From contig JAEINX010000006.1 of the NCBI GenBank assembly GCA_016342645.1, positions 1 through 62,901 of the forward strand: a stretch of DNA of 62,901 nucleotides, read 5' to 3'. The translations under genes were made by a program, and so were the position numbers. The notes beneath the pieces were generated by a model. The model was not told where the DNA came from, ran no database searches, and was given only the letters and a program-made list of their open reading frames with translations. Shown here piece after piece: positions 19,334 through 28,716 of the stretch. Each line of letters opens with the position of its first letter. The stretch's first letter is position 1. This stretch comes from Bacteroidales bacterium. GTDB lineage: Bacteria > Bacteroidota > Bacteroidia > Bacteroidales > JAEINX01.

Positions 19334-20644
19334 ATGAATAAGACAGTTGGTATCAGGCATGAGGATAAATATCTAATGGAAAGACGCGTTGCAATTTCAC
19401 CAAAACATGTTAAAAAAATAATAAAAGAACATAATTTGAAGTTTTTAGTCGAAACTTCACCAAAAAGAATATTTAGTGATAATGAGTTTGAAGTCGCAGG
19501 AGCAGAAATCGTTAGTGAGTTAACAAAGGCTCAAGTTATTTTTGGTGTTAAAGAAATGCCAATTTCTTTTTTTGAAAAAGGAAAGACATACATCTTTTTC
19601 TCGCATGTAATTAAAGGGCAAGAATATAATATGCCTATGCTAAAAAAAATGATGGAAATGGAGTGTAATTTAATTGATTACGAAAAAATTGAAAACGAAG
19701 AAGGAAAGCGGCTTATCTTTTTCGGGAAATATGCTGGACTGGCAGGAATGATAAATTCATTATGGTCGTTAGGATTAAGGTTAAAAGAATTCGGATACGA
19801 AACCCCTTTCTTAAAACTCAAACAATCACACAAATATAATTCGCTCGAAGAAGCTAAAAATGACATTTCTGAAGTTGGTTTTGAAATTGCAGAAAAAGGT
19901 TTGCCGAAAGAGTTATGTCCTCTCACAATAGGAATCACCGGTTATGGTAATGTTTCAATCGGTGCTCAGGAAATTGCTCATCTTTTGCCGATAAAGGAAG
20001 TTTCGCCAACTGAACTTCTTGAATTAAAAGAGAATAAAAATCTACCGAATAATATTTTATATAAAATAATCTTTAAAGAAGAAGACCTTTCGGAACCTAT
20101 TGAAGATAAATATGAATTCGATTTACAGGATTATTATCAACATCCCGAAATGTACAAAAGTCAATTTGAAAAATACATACCTCACCTAACTATTCTAATG
20201 AATTGTATGTATTGGAATGACCGATACCCGAGAATTGTTACAAAAAAATATTTAAAAGTATTATTTAAAGACAACAAGCCCAAACTAACTGTAATCGGTG
20301 ATATTACCTGCGATCCTAACGGCTCAATTGAATGCACCCACAAGGGAACTGAAATAGAAGACCCTATTTTTGTTTACAACCCACATTCAGACACTTATAA
20401 AATGGGAGCAAAAGGCGAAGGCTTATTAATTATGCCTGTTGATATTTTACCGAGTGAATTGCCCCGCGAATCATCAATTTCGTTTGGCGATGCAATGCTG
20501 AAATATGTAAAAGACATAGTTACTGCTGATTATAATGTTCCTTTTGAATCAATAAATCTTCCAAACCCGATTAAAAAAGCACTCATTCTTCATAAAGGAA
20601 AACTAACCCCCAACTATAAATATATTTCTGAATACTTAAAATAA
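19334..20644 (+). CDS. Lysine-ketoglutarate reductase-like protein (AlaDh/PNT superfamily; LKR half of AASS)
   Basis: GIRHED...ERRVAISP, GVKEMP, FFSHVIKGQ, LIDYE, FFGKYAGLAG, GDITCD, VDILPSELPRESS. Confidence 0.8.
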   Translation: MNKTVGIRHEDKYLMERRVAISPKHVKKIIKEHNLKFLVETSPKRIFSDNEFEVAGAEIVSELTKAQVIFGVKEMPISFFEKGKTYIFFSHVIKGQEYNMPMLKKMMEMECNLIDYEKIENEEGKRLIFFGKYAGLAGMINSLWSLGLRLKEFGYETPFLKLKQSHKYNSLEEAKNDISEVGFEIAEKGLPKELCPLTIGITGYGNVSIGAQEIAHLLPIKEVSPTELLELKENKNLPNNILYKIIFKEEDLSEPIEDKYEFDLQDYYQHPEMYKSQFEKYIPHLTILMNCMYWNDRYPRIVTKKYLKVLFKDNKPKLTVIGDITCDPNGSIECTHKGTEIEDPIFVYNPHSDTYKMGAKGEGLLIMPVDILPSELPRESSISFGDAMLKYVKDIVTADYNVPFESINLPNPIKKALILHKGKLTPNYKYISEYLK

Positions 20645-20787
20645 TAACTTGCTTATCGAATTCGTTTCATTAGGCTAATTTGAAAAATATAATAGAATTA
20701 TAAAACAAAATAATTATTAATAAGAAAATTAAGAAGCTTTAATAAAAAAGATTTTTTCAATAAAATCAAATTAAAAATTGTAGAAAT

Positions 20788-22125
20788 ATGAAAAAAGTAT
20801 TAATTCTTGGAGCAGGAATGGTTGTAAAACCAATAGTTCAATATCTTCTAAAACAAGGATATGCCGTAACTGTTGCAACCCGAACAAAATCAAAAGCAGA
20901 GAAAATGATAGCCGGACATCCAAACGGAACCGCCTTAAAATGGACAGTTGATGATGAAGAAACCTTAGATCAGCTTGTAAAAGGCCACGATCTTTCAGTT
21001 AGTTTATTGCCTTATGCTTATCATGTTATGGTTGCAAAAAAATGCATCAAACATAAAAAGAATATGGTAACAACATCTTATGTAAAACCTGAAATGAAGG
21101 CTTTGGACGAAGAAGCAAAAAATGCGGGTATTCTTATCTTAAACGAAATAGGACTTGATCCGGGAATTGATCATATGTCGGCAATGCGAATTATTGACAA
21201 TGTTCATAATAAAAATGGGGAAATAAAAGAATTTTACTCTTTCTGTGGTGCCTTGGTAGCTCCCGAGGTTGAAAAAAATCCTTTCGGATATAAATTTTCA
21301 TGGGCACCTAAAGGAGTTGTAATGGCCGGAAACAATGATGGAAATTATTTACGTCATGGAAAAGTGCATTATGTTCCAACCGAAGACCTATTTAAAAATC
21401 CAATAAAATTAACTTTTCCTAAAGTTGGAGAATTAGAGGTTTATCCGAACAGAGATTCTTTACCATACACCGAACTTTACGGCATTCCCGAAACCGAAAC
21501 AATATTCCGTGGAACATTCCGCTATGATAAATGGTGCGAAATACTTGATGCTTTGAAAGCTATCAAATTATTATCTTATGATAAATATGATTTTGAAGGA
21601 ATGACTTTTGCCGATTTTATGGCAAAAATGATTGGAGCAGGTAATTCAAATGACATTAAGAAAAAAGTAGCCGAGAAGTTAAATATTAAAATTGATTCTT
21701 CTCCGATAATTGCAATGGAGTGGCTTGGCCTATTCTCAAAAGAACCGATGAACAGAAAAGAAGATTCGGCATTTGAGATCGTTTCCGATCTTATGATCGA
21801 AAAAATGATGATTGGCGAAGATGAACGCGATATGGTTGTTATGCAACATACTTTTTTGGCCAAATATCCTGACGGAAAACAAGAAGTTATTAAATCAAGA
21901 ATGCTTGATTTTGGTACTTTAAAAACCGATACTTCAATTGCCAGAACCGTAGCTTTGCCTGCTGCCTGTGCCGTTGAAATGTTACTTGAAGGAAAAATCA
22001 AAACAACAGGTGTTCATATTCCGGTGATTCCTGAAATATATAATCCAATTCTCGATCATCTTGAAACTATGGACATAAAAATGATCGAAGAATATGGTTT
22101 ACCTATAAGTGAAAATATTTCTTAA
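20788..22125 (+). CDS. Saccharopine dehydrogenase (glutamate-forming, LYS9/SDH-like)
   Basis: LGAGMV, VSLLPY, VTTSY, NEIGLDPGIDHMSAM, YKFSW, YPNRDS, RDMVVMQH. Confidence 0.9.
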   Translation: MKKVLILGAGMVVKPIVQYLLKQGYAVTVATRTKSKAEKMIAGHPNGTALKWTVDDEETLDQLVKGHDLSVSLLPYAYHVMVAKKCIKHKKNMVTTSYVKPEMKALDEEAKNAGILILNEIGLDPGIDHMSAMRIIDNVHNKNGEIKEFYSFCGALVAPEVEKNPFGYKFSWAPKGVVMAGNNDGNYLRHGKVHYVPTEDLFKNPIKLTFPKVGELEVYPNRDSLPYTELYGIPETETIFRGTFRYDKWCEILDALKAIKLLSYDKYDFEGMTFADFMAKMIGAGNSNDIKKKVAEKLNIKIDSSPIIAMEWLGLFSKEPMNRKEDSAFEIVSDLMIEKMMIGEDERDMVVMQHTFLAKYPDGKQEVIKSRMLDFGTLKTDTSIARTVALPAACAVEMLLEGKIKTTGVHIPVIPEIYNPILDHLETMDIKMIEEYGLPISENIS

Positions 22126-22161
22126 TTATTTAATCCTGGGAAGAGGTATTATCTAATTATT

Positions 22162-22266
22162 GATGTCATTGCAACATTATTGAGGCAAAGCTAAGCTGTG
22201 TAAAATCAGCCTATTCAAAATTAAAAAATGAATTTGCTCGTCTTAAGTTGCAATGGCATTTTTTTT
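22162..22266 (+). ncRNA. Candidate structured RNA or complex terminator (family not recognised)
   Basis: Outer stem gatgtcattgcaac/gttgcaatggcatt, second stem ttgaggc/gtcttaa, inner hairpins gctg/cagc and attca/tgaat, followed by a T-run. Confidence 0.4.
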
Positions 22267-22324
22267 AGTATTTTTACATTGATTTTTAAAAACTTAGTTA
22301 ATGTAAAACATAAACAAAAAAGAT

Positions 22325-23173
22325 ATGACATATATAATAATCATCTTTGTAATAGGTATCATAGTTTATCTTGTAATGAATTATAATAAAAAACAAGAAC
22401 ATCCATATGAAGAATCAAACAAAAACAATGATCAAAATTCAGCGAAAGCAACACCTAAGAAGTCATATGGTAAATGGATAGGAGGAGGGCTTGGTTGGGC
22501 CTTCGGCGGCCCGATAGGAGCAATTATGGGTTTCGCTTTCGGTTCGATGTACGATGGAATGCAAACAGGAAAATATGAGTACAAACCCACGCAATCAGGT
22601 GATTTCAGTGTCAGTTTATTGATTCTATCTGCTGCAATTATGAAAGCAGACGGACGTATTATGCGCTCGGAATTAGAATATGTTAAACAATTTTTTATTC
22701 GCCAATTCGGAGCTTACGAAGCACAGCAAAAAATTAAACTATTAAAAGAAATCCTAAAGCAGGAAATTAACGTCCAGGATGTTAGTTCACAAATCAAGCA
22801 ATATATGGACTATCCGGCCCGATTGCAATTGCTTCATTTTTTGTTTGGAATTTCATCTGCCGACGGACAATTTCATTCACAAGAAGTTGACACTATCGAC
22901 TCAATCAGTGCGTACCTCGGAATTAGCAATAATGATTATAATTCAATTAAAGCAATGTTTGTCAAAGACATTGATAGTGCCTATAAAATTCTTGAAATCT
23001 CTTCCGAAGCAAGTGATGATGAAATCAAAAAAGCTTACCATAAAATGGCCGTAAAATATCATCCCGACAAAGTAGCTCATCTTGGTGAAGATATTAAAAC
23101 CGCAGCCAAAGAAAAGTTTCAGAAACTAAATGCTGCTTATGAGGAAATTAAAAAGCAAAGAGGGGTAAAGTAG
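22325..23173 (+). CDS. DjlA-like co-chaperone (TerB domain plus J domain)
   Basis: KWIGGGLGWAFGGPIGA, MKADG, C-terminal YHPDK J domain. Confidence 0.85.
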   Translation: MTYIIIIFVIGIIVYLVMNYNKKQEHPYEESNKNNDQNSAKATPKKSYGKWIGGGLGWAFGGPIGAIMGFAFGSMYDGMQTGKYEYKPTQSGDFSVSLLILSAAIMKADGRIMRSELEYVKQFFIRQFGAYEAQQKIKLLKEILKQEINVQDVSSQIKQYMDYPARLQLLHFLFGISSADGQFHSQEVDTIDSISAYLGISNNDYNSIKAMFVKDIDSAYKILEISSEASDDEIKKAYHKMAVKYHPDKVAHLGEDIKTAAKEKFQKLNAAYEEIKKQRGVK

Positions 23174-23182
23174 GAGGTTTCT

Positions 23183-25042
23183 TTAATCCAACTTAAACTC
23201 TTCTTTCCAATTAGAATCGTGAGCAAGTTCCTGCTGTTGGGTTTTATCGAACAGATAGTTACCCAAAACGAGATAATCCATTTCGGTTCGCATAAAACAG
23301 CGAAAGCCATCATCGGGAGTGCAAACAATTGGCTCACCTCTGACATTAAAACTTGTATTTACGATCACACCATAGCCGGTAAGTTTTTTAAACTCATTGA
23401 TTACTTTCCAGTATCTTGGATTTGTTTCTTTCTTAACACTTTGAATTCGTGCCGAAAAGTCAATGTGCGTAATTGCGGGAACATCTGAACGAACATGATA
23501 TAAACGATCATATAATTCTAAATTATTATAGCCTTCGGGAGTTGGATTACATCTGTCTTCTTTTACGGGAATCACTAATAACATATATGGAGAAGGTTTA
23601 TCCAAAACAAAATATTCCTGAATATCTTCTTCGAGAACTGTTGGAGCAAAAGGCCTGAAACCTTCACGATATTTAATTTTCAGGTTCATTTTTTTCTGCA
23701 TTTCGGGGCTTCGGGCATCACCCAAAATACTACGATTTCCGAGAGCACGGGGCCCATATTCCATCCTTCCCTGAAACCATCCGATTACTTTTCCTTCGTC
23801 AATGTGTTTTGCAACAACTTTGGTAAGTTCATCGAAATCCTCAAAATATTGATATTTTGCATTATATTTTCGAATCACTTTCTTAATATCATTATCACCA
23901 AATTCGGGGCCGAGATATGCTCCCTTCATCGAATCGGGCGAAGAATTTACCTTCCGTTCTTTGCCTTTCCAAATATACCAACCTGCATAAGCTGCACCAA
24001 GTGCTCCGCCGGCATCTCCGGCAGCAGGCTGTATCCAAATATCATCGAAAATACCGCTTGCCAATAATTTTCCGTTTGCAACACTGTTTAGAGCAACACC
24101 TCCGGCCATTACAAGGTTTTTACTACCTGTGAGTTCTTTTGCGGTTTTTGCTAATTTTATTACAACATCCTCGGTAATTTGCTGAATTGCCAAAGCCATA
24201 TTCATATAATCCTGAGTTAATTTTGATTCTTCCGTTCTTGGTGGAATACCAAATAATTCTGTCCACTTTTTGTCGTTCGACATTTTCAAGCCGGTTGCAA
24301 AATTGAAATACTTCATATTTAAAAGTATTGAACCGTCTTCGCGAATGTCAACGAGTTCACTCAGTATTTTCTCTTTATATTCGCGAAGTTGATCGGAATC
24401 GGGATTTCCGTAAGGAGCTAATCCCATTAGTTTATACTCACCGCTATTTACCTTAAATCCGGTGTAATATGTAAAAGCAGAATATAATAATCCTATTGAA
24501 TGTGGGAAATCCAGTTCTTTTTTTATCTCAATTTGATTGCTTTTTCCGTAACATATTGTCGAGGTAGCCCATTCACCAACCCCATCGATTGTTAGGATGG
24601 CAGCTTCTTCAAAGGGTGAAGGATAAAATGCGCTGGCAGCATGCGATAAATGATGTTCGGGAAATAATATCTGTATATTTCCTTTGCCAAGCTTTCGCAA
24701 TTCTTCTCTCAACATTTTTTTCATAAACAGCTTTTCCTTTATCCAGACCGGAATGGCCGAAAGAAAACTTCTTAAACCTTTTGGAGCAAAGGCGTGATAG
24801 GTTTCAAGCAGTCGCTCGAATTTTATTAATGGCTTATCGTAAAATGCTATTGCAAGCAAATCACCATATTCAATTCCCGTTTCTTCAAGAACATATTTTG
24901 CTGCATTGATAGGAAAAGAATAATCGTGTTTTTTTCTTGTAAAACGCTCTTCGTGGGCTGCTGCAATTATTTCTCCATCAACAATAATTGCTGCCGCACT
25001 ATCGTGATAATAAGCTGATATTCCTAAGATTGCTTCTGGCAT
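23183..25042 (-). CDS. O-carbamoyltransferase (NodU/CmcH/SxtI family)
   Basis: LGISAYYHDSAA, EERFTRKKH, EHHLSHAASAF, DGVGE, GPRALGNRSIL, NTSFNVRGEPIV. Confidence 0.92.
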   Translation of the reverse strand: MPEAILGISAYYHDSAAAIIVDGEIIAAAHEERFTRKKHDYSFPINAAKYVLEETGIEYGDLLAIAFYDKPLIKFERLLETYHAFAPKGLRSFLSAIPVWIKEKLFMKKMLREELRKLGKGNIQILFPEHHLSHAASAFYPSPFEEAAILTIDGVGEWATSTICYGKSNQIEIKKELDFPHSIGLLYSAFTYYTGFKVNSGEYKLMGLAPYGNPDSDQLREYKEKILSELVDIREDGSILLNMKYFNFATGLKMSNDKKWTELFGIPPRTEESKLTQDYMNMALAIQQITEDVVIKLAKTAKELTGSKNLVMAGGVALNSVANGKLLASGIFDDIWIQPAAGDAGGALGAAYAGWYIWKGKERKVNSSPDSMKGAYLGPEFGDNDIKKVIRKYNAKYQYFEDFDELTKVVAKHIDEGKVIGWFQGRMEYGPRALGNRSILGDARSPEMQKKMNLKIKYREGFRPFAPTVLEEDIQEYFVLDKPSPYMLLVIPVKEDRCNPTPEGYNNLELYDRLYHVRSDVPAITHIDFSARIQSVKKETNPRYWKVINEFKKLTGYGVIVNTSFNVRGEPIVCTPDDGFRCFMRTEMDYLVLGNYLFDKTQQQELAHDSNWKEEFKLD

Positions 25043-25078
25043 AACCTGTGTTTTAAGATGTTTGTATTTTTTTCTGAA

Positions 25079-25285
25079 AATGATTGAATGATAGAATGCT
25101 TAAATGCGTAAATAAAATAAATGCATGTGTTATTTTCCATTCTCTCATTCTCTCATTAAATCATTTTCTCATTCTCTCATTAAATCATTCTCTCATTAAA
25201 TCATTCTCTCATTCTCTCATTAAATCATTCTCTCATTCTCTCATTAAATCATTCTCTCATTCTCTCATTCTCTCATTCTCTCATT
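25079..25285. repeat. 8-bp CATT-NNNN tandem array (18 units, 25138-25281) with an inverted AATG-NNNN arm (25079-25110)
   Basis: Units cattctct / cattaaat / cattttct; inverted arm aatgattg aatgatag aatgctta aatgcgta. Confidence 0.9.
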
Positions 25286-25433
25286 AAAATAAGGTGTAAA
25301 TAAAAGGTGCAATGGCTGAGCCACTTGTTAGTACTATTAAAACTCCGAATATTAATAAAACAATGATTAAAGGCAATAACCAGAATTTTTTACGCACTTT
25401 CAAAAATGCCCATAAATCTCTTAAAAATTCCAT
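25284..25433 (-). CDS. DUF5989/SxtK-like small membrane protein, 49 aa (not in ORF track)
   Basis: MEFLRDLWAFLKVRKKFWLLPLIIVLLIFGVLIVLTSGSAIAPFIYTLF; lies between the SxtJ-like gene and the carbamoyltransferase. Confidence 0.85.
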   Translation of the reverse strand: MEFLRDLWAFLKVRKKFWLLPLIIVLLIFGVLIVLTSGSAIAPFIYTLF

Positions 25434-25446
25434 GTGAAATATGTTT

Positions 25447-25851
25447 TTAAAATGGTTTTTCCAAATCGGCGGCTACGAAAGTTTGATTACGAGTTTTCAT
25501 TACCGATTCATTAGATTTTTTAAATTTCTTTAATAATAGAGTGTCTTTTCCAAACAATCGCCTTAGCAAAGCAATTGGCAAAACGACAATAAAAAAAACA
25601 ACAGAAAGTAAAATCTTTGAAACTATTGTCCCCAACATGTTTGCTAATCCGAACCAAAAAACAGCAAAGGGATAATAAAACATAGGATATATCATATTCA
25701 TTAATAATACAGCTAATGTTATTTTAAAAAATAAATCATTATTTGTATAAAATCCGATTATCATTAGAATCAGCATTATAGCCATTCCACTATCCTTTGC
25801 CTGATCCTTTGTGATTGATGTTGAAAAAAACCTTGAAGACCTGTTTGTCAT
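25447..25851 (-). CDS. SxtJ-family membrane protein
   Basis: W...LG...SKILLSVVFFIVVLPIALLRRLFGKD...DLEKPF. Confidence 0.8.
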   Translation of the reverse strand: MTNRSSRFFSTSITKDQAKDSGMAIMLILMIIGFYTNNDLFFKITLAVLLMNMIYPMFYYPFAVFWFGLANMLGTIVSKILLSVVFFIVVLPIALLRRLFGKDTLLLKKFKKSNESVMKTRNQTFVAADLEKPF

Positions 25852-25974
25852 ATTTTTATCAATTTAAAATAAATACAAATTTACTCTATTTTTTTGCTAA
25901 AATAGAAAAATTAATATTTAAAGATAAATAAAAAATATCATCTAATAAATTTCAATGTTTCATAAAAATATTTT

Positions 25975-25982
25975 TAACTTTG
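25975..25982 (+). promoter_or_regulatory. Bacteroidota -7 promoter box upstream of serC
   Basis: TAACTTTG about 60 nt before the start codon. Confidence 0.5.
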
Positions 25983-26040
25983 CTTTTTTAAATTATAAAT
26001 AATCTAAATAAGAACAATATTCACTAAATCTCAATTACTT

Positions 26041-27111
26041 ATGAAAAAACATAATTTTTATGCCGGGCCTTCAATACTACCGGAGTTCACAATAAAAAAT
26101 ACTTCGGAAGCAATCCTCAATTTTGCTGACATGGATTTATCTATTATGGAAGTTTCTCATCGAAGTAAACAATTTGTTGCCGTTATGGACGAAGCAACTT
26201 CATTATTTAAAGAATTACTTGATATTCCTAAGGGATATTCAGTATTATTTCTTGGAGGGGGAGCAAGTACGCAATTTGCTATGGTTCCATTTAATATTTT
26301 AAACAAAAAAGCAGCATACCTTAATACAGGTGCTTGGGCAAAGAAAGCAATAAAAGAGGCAAAACTATTTGGCGAAGTTGATGTTGTTGCATCTTCAGAA
26401 GATAAAAACTTCAATTATATCCCAAAAAACTACACAGTTCCTCAAGATGCCGATTATTTTCACATCACAACCAATAATACTATTTATGGTACTGAAATCA
26501 GAAAAGACCTCGAAGTTGGAATTCCATTGGTAGCCGATATGTCATCAGATATTTTCAGCCGAAAAATTGATGTTTCAAAATATGCCATCATTTATGGCGG
26601 AGCACAAAAAAACCTAGCCCCTGCCGGAGTAACTTTTGTTATAATCAAAGATGACATTCTTGGTAAAGTTGATAGAAAAATACCAACTATGTTAAATTAT
26701 CAAACTCACATTGACAAAGAATCAATGTTTAACACTCCTCCTTGTTTACCAATATTCGCCGCTCTTCAAACATTAAAATGGCTTAAAGCTAATGGTGGAA
26801 TTGAAGCAATGGAAAAAATCAATATCGAAAAAGCCGGTATTTTATATGACGAAATCGACAGAAACCCATTATTCAAAGGAACTGTAAACAAAGAAGACCG
26901 TTCAATAATGAATATTTGTTTTATTATGAATGATGGTTATGAAGAATTTGAAAGTGAATTCTTTGAATTTGCTTCTTCAAAAGGCATGGTTGGAATTAAA
27001 GGACATAGGTCGGTTGGTGGCTTCAGGGCTTCAACTTATAATGCAATGCCAAAATCAAGTATTGAGTTACTTGTTGAAACAATGAAAGAATTTGAAATAA
27101 TGAAATTATAA
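26041..27111 (+). CDS. serC: Phosphoserine aminotransferase
   Basis: [36 protein letters not shown]. Confidence 0.95.
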   Translation: MKKHNFYAGPSILPEFTIKNTSEAILNFADMDLSIMEVSHRSKQFVAVMDEATSLFKELLDIPKGYSVLFLGGGASTQFAMVPFNILNKKAAYLNTGAWAKKAIKEAKLFGEVDVVASSEDKNFNYIPKNYTVPQDADYFHITTNNTIYGTEIRKDLEVGIPLVADMSSDIFSRKIDVSKYAIIYGGAQKNLAPAGVTFVIIKDDILGKVDRKIPTMLNYQTHIDKESMFNTPPCLPIFAALQTLKWLKANGGIEAMEKINIEKAGILYDEIDRNPLFKGTVNKEDRSIMNICFIMNDGYEEFESEFFEFASSKGMVGIKGHRSVGGFRASTYNAMPKSSIELLVETMKEFEIMKL

Positions 27112-27135
27112 ACTTATTTAAAAAATCATATAAAA

Positions 27136-28059
27136 ATGGCAAAAGTATTAATAGCAACCGAAAAACCCTTCGCTCCCGCTGCAGTAAATGAAATCAAAAG
27201 TGTTTTTGAAAAAGCTAACTATGAAGTTATTCTTCTTGAAAAATATGCCGATCAATCAGATTTTATAAAAGCTGTAAAAGATGTTGATGCTTTAATTATC
27301 AGAAGCGACAACGCAAACAGAGAAGTTATTGAAGCTGCCGATAATTTAAAAATAATTGTCAGAGCCGGTGCAGGCTACGATAATATCGACCTTGAAGCTG
27401 CTACGGAAAAAGGAATTGTTGCGATGAACACACCCGGCCAAAACTCAAATGCCGTTGCCGAACTTGCGGTAGGAATGATGGTTTATCTGGCAAGAAATCA
27501 ATTTAACGGAAAAGCAGGAACCGAATTAAAAGGCAAAAAAATTGGGATTCATGCTTATGGAAATGTTGGGAAATATGTTGCACAAATTGCAAAAGGCTTT
27601 GGAATGGAAGTTTATGCTTTCGATCCTTTTATCCCCAAAGAAACAATTGAAAACGATGGAGTAACAGCTTTGGATTCAGTCGAAGAACTTTACAAAACCT
27701 GCCAATATATTTCTTTGCATATACCCGCAAATGAAAAAACTAAAGAATCTATAAACTATGATCTTTTGAAAATTATGCCTTTGAATGCTACTCTTGTTAA
27801 CACTGCCAGAAAAGAGGTTATTTGTGAGGAATCATTATTAAAAATATTTGCAGACCGACCCGATTTTAAATATATCTCTGATATTGCACCAAATTGCAAA
27901 GATGAAATTGTTGAAAAATTTGAGGGAAGATATTTCTTTACACCTAAAAAAATGGGTGCACAAACCTCAGAAGCTAATATTAATGCAGGTATTGCATCAG
28001 CAAATCAAATTATCAATTTTCTTGAAAAAGATGATACTACTTTTCAGGTAAACAAATAA
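27136..28059 (+). CDS. serA: D-3-phosphoglycerate dehydrogenase (short form)
   Basis: RAGAGYDNID, NTPGQNSNAVAE, VNTAR; directly follows serC. Confidence 0.85.
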   Translation: MAKVLIATEKPFAPAAVNEIKSVFEKANYEVILLEKYADQSDFIKAVKDVDALIIRSDNANREVIEAADNLKIIVRAGAGYDNIDLEAATEKGIVAMNTPGQNSNAVAELAVGMMVYLARNQFNGKAGTELKGKKIGIHAYGNVGKYVAQIAKGFGMEVYAFDPFIPKETIENDGVTALDSVEELYKTCQYISLHIPANEKTKESINYDLLKIMPLNATLVNTARKEVICEESLLKIFADRPDFKYISDIAPNCKDEIVEKFEGRYFFTPKKMGAQTSEANINAGIASANQIINFLEKDDTTFQVNK

Positions 28060-28068
28060 ACAATAAGA

Positions 28069-28548
28069 ATGGAAGATCAAATTGAAAACCAAGTTGAAAA
28101 AGCCTATACCTTTTTTAGATTTGAAGATTTGAGGATTTATCACAAATCTATCGAATATATTGAAATGGTTTACGATAATACAGAATTATTTCCTGATAAT
28201 GAAGCCGATGGGTTAAAGTCAAAATTAATTGAGACATCCCAGTCAATTACTCTCAAAATTGCCGAAGGTTCATCAAGGAATAAAACTCAATTTATTCATT
28301 TTTTAAAGTTAGCTAAAAGCTCTGTTCGCGAATGTCTTATTTATACCACTTTAGCAAAAAATCGACAATATATTTCTCAAATTGCCGAAGAAGAATCAAG
28401 GAATATTCTAATTGAGATGACCAAGATGATAGGTGCATTAATAAGTTCTTTACAAAAAAGCTTAACGAGAGAGCCTAACCATAATAATTATCCCAATAAC
28501 TCTTCGAATAATAATCATTCTAAAAATTCAGATTATAACGAATATTAG
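28069..28548 (+). CDS. Four-helix-bundle protein (23S rRNA intervening-sequence protein / bAvd-like family) with an Asn-rich tail
   Basis: FRFEDLRIY, LFPDNEADGL, SITLKIAEGSSR, FLKLAKSSVREC. Confidence 0.85.
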   Translation: MEDQIENQVEKAYTFFRFEDLRIYHKSIEYIEMVYDNTELFPDNEADGLKSKLIETSQSITLKIAEGSSRNKTQFIHFLKLAKSSVRECLIYTTLAKNRQYISQIAEEESRNILIEMTKMIGALISSLQKSLTREPNHNNYPNNSSNNNHSKNSDYNEY

Positions 28549-28716
28549 GATAATTGTTTTCTGAAAAAAATATTGGATAATATTTAATAAATAATATTTT
28601 TCTAAAATTAAAGTTTTAAAAGACTCTAATTGTTGGAGAAGTTATTATGTATAAATATTTACAAAAATAAACCTTGAGGGTTTTTTAATCATTAAAAAAT
28701 TTAAAATCATAAGAAA

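Noticed and set aside
25084-25287. 67-aa ORF with (HSLIKSFS)n repeats
   Set aside because: Translation of the octamer tandem array; no sign of a real protein
23183-25851. Saxitoxin biosynthesis cluster
   Set aside because: Only the widespread sxtIJK-like triad is present; no sxtA, sxtG or other pathway genes
28069-28548. Avd-like gene as part of a diversity-generating retroelement
   Set aside because: No reverse transcriptase and no template/variable repeat pair seen in the window
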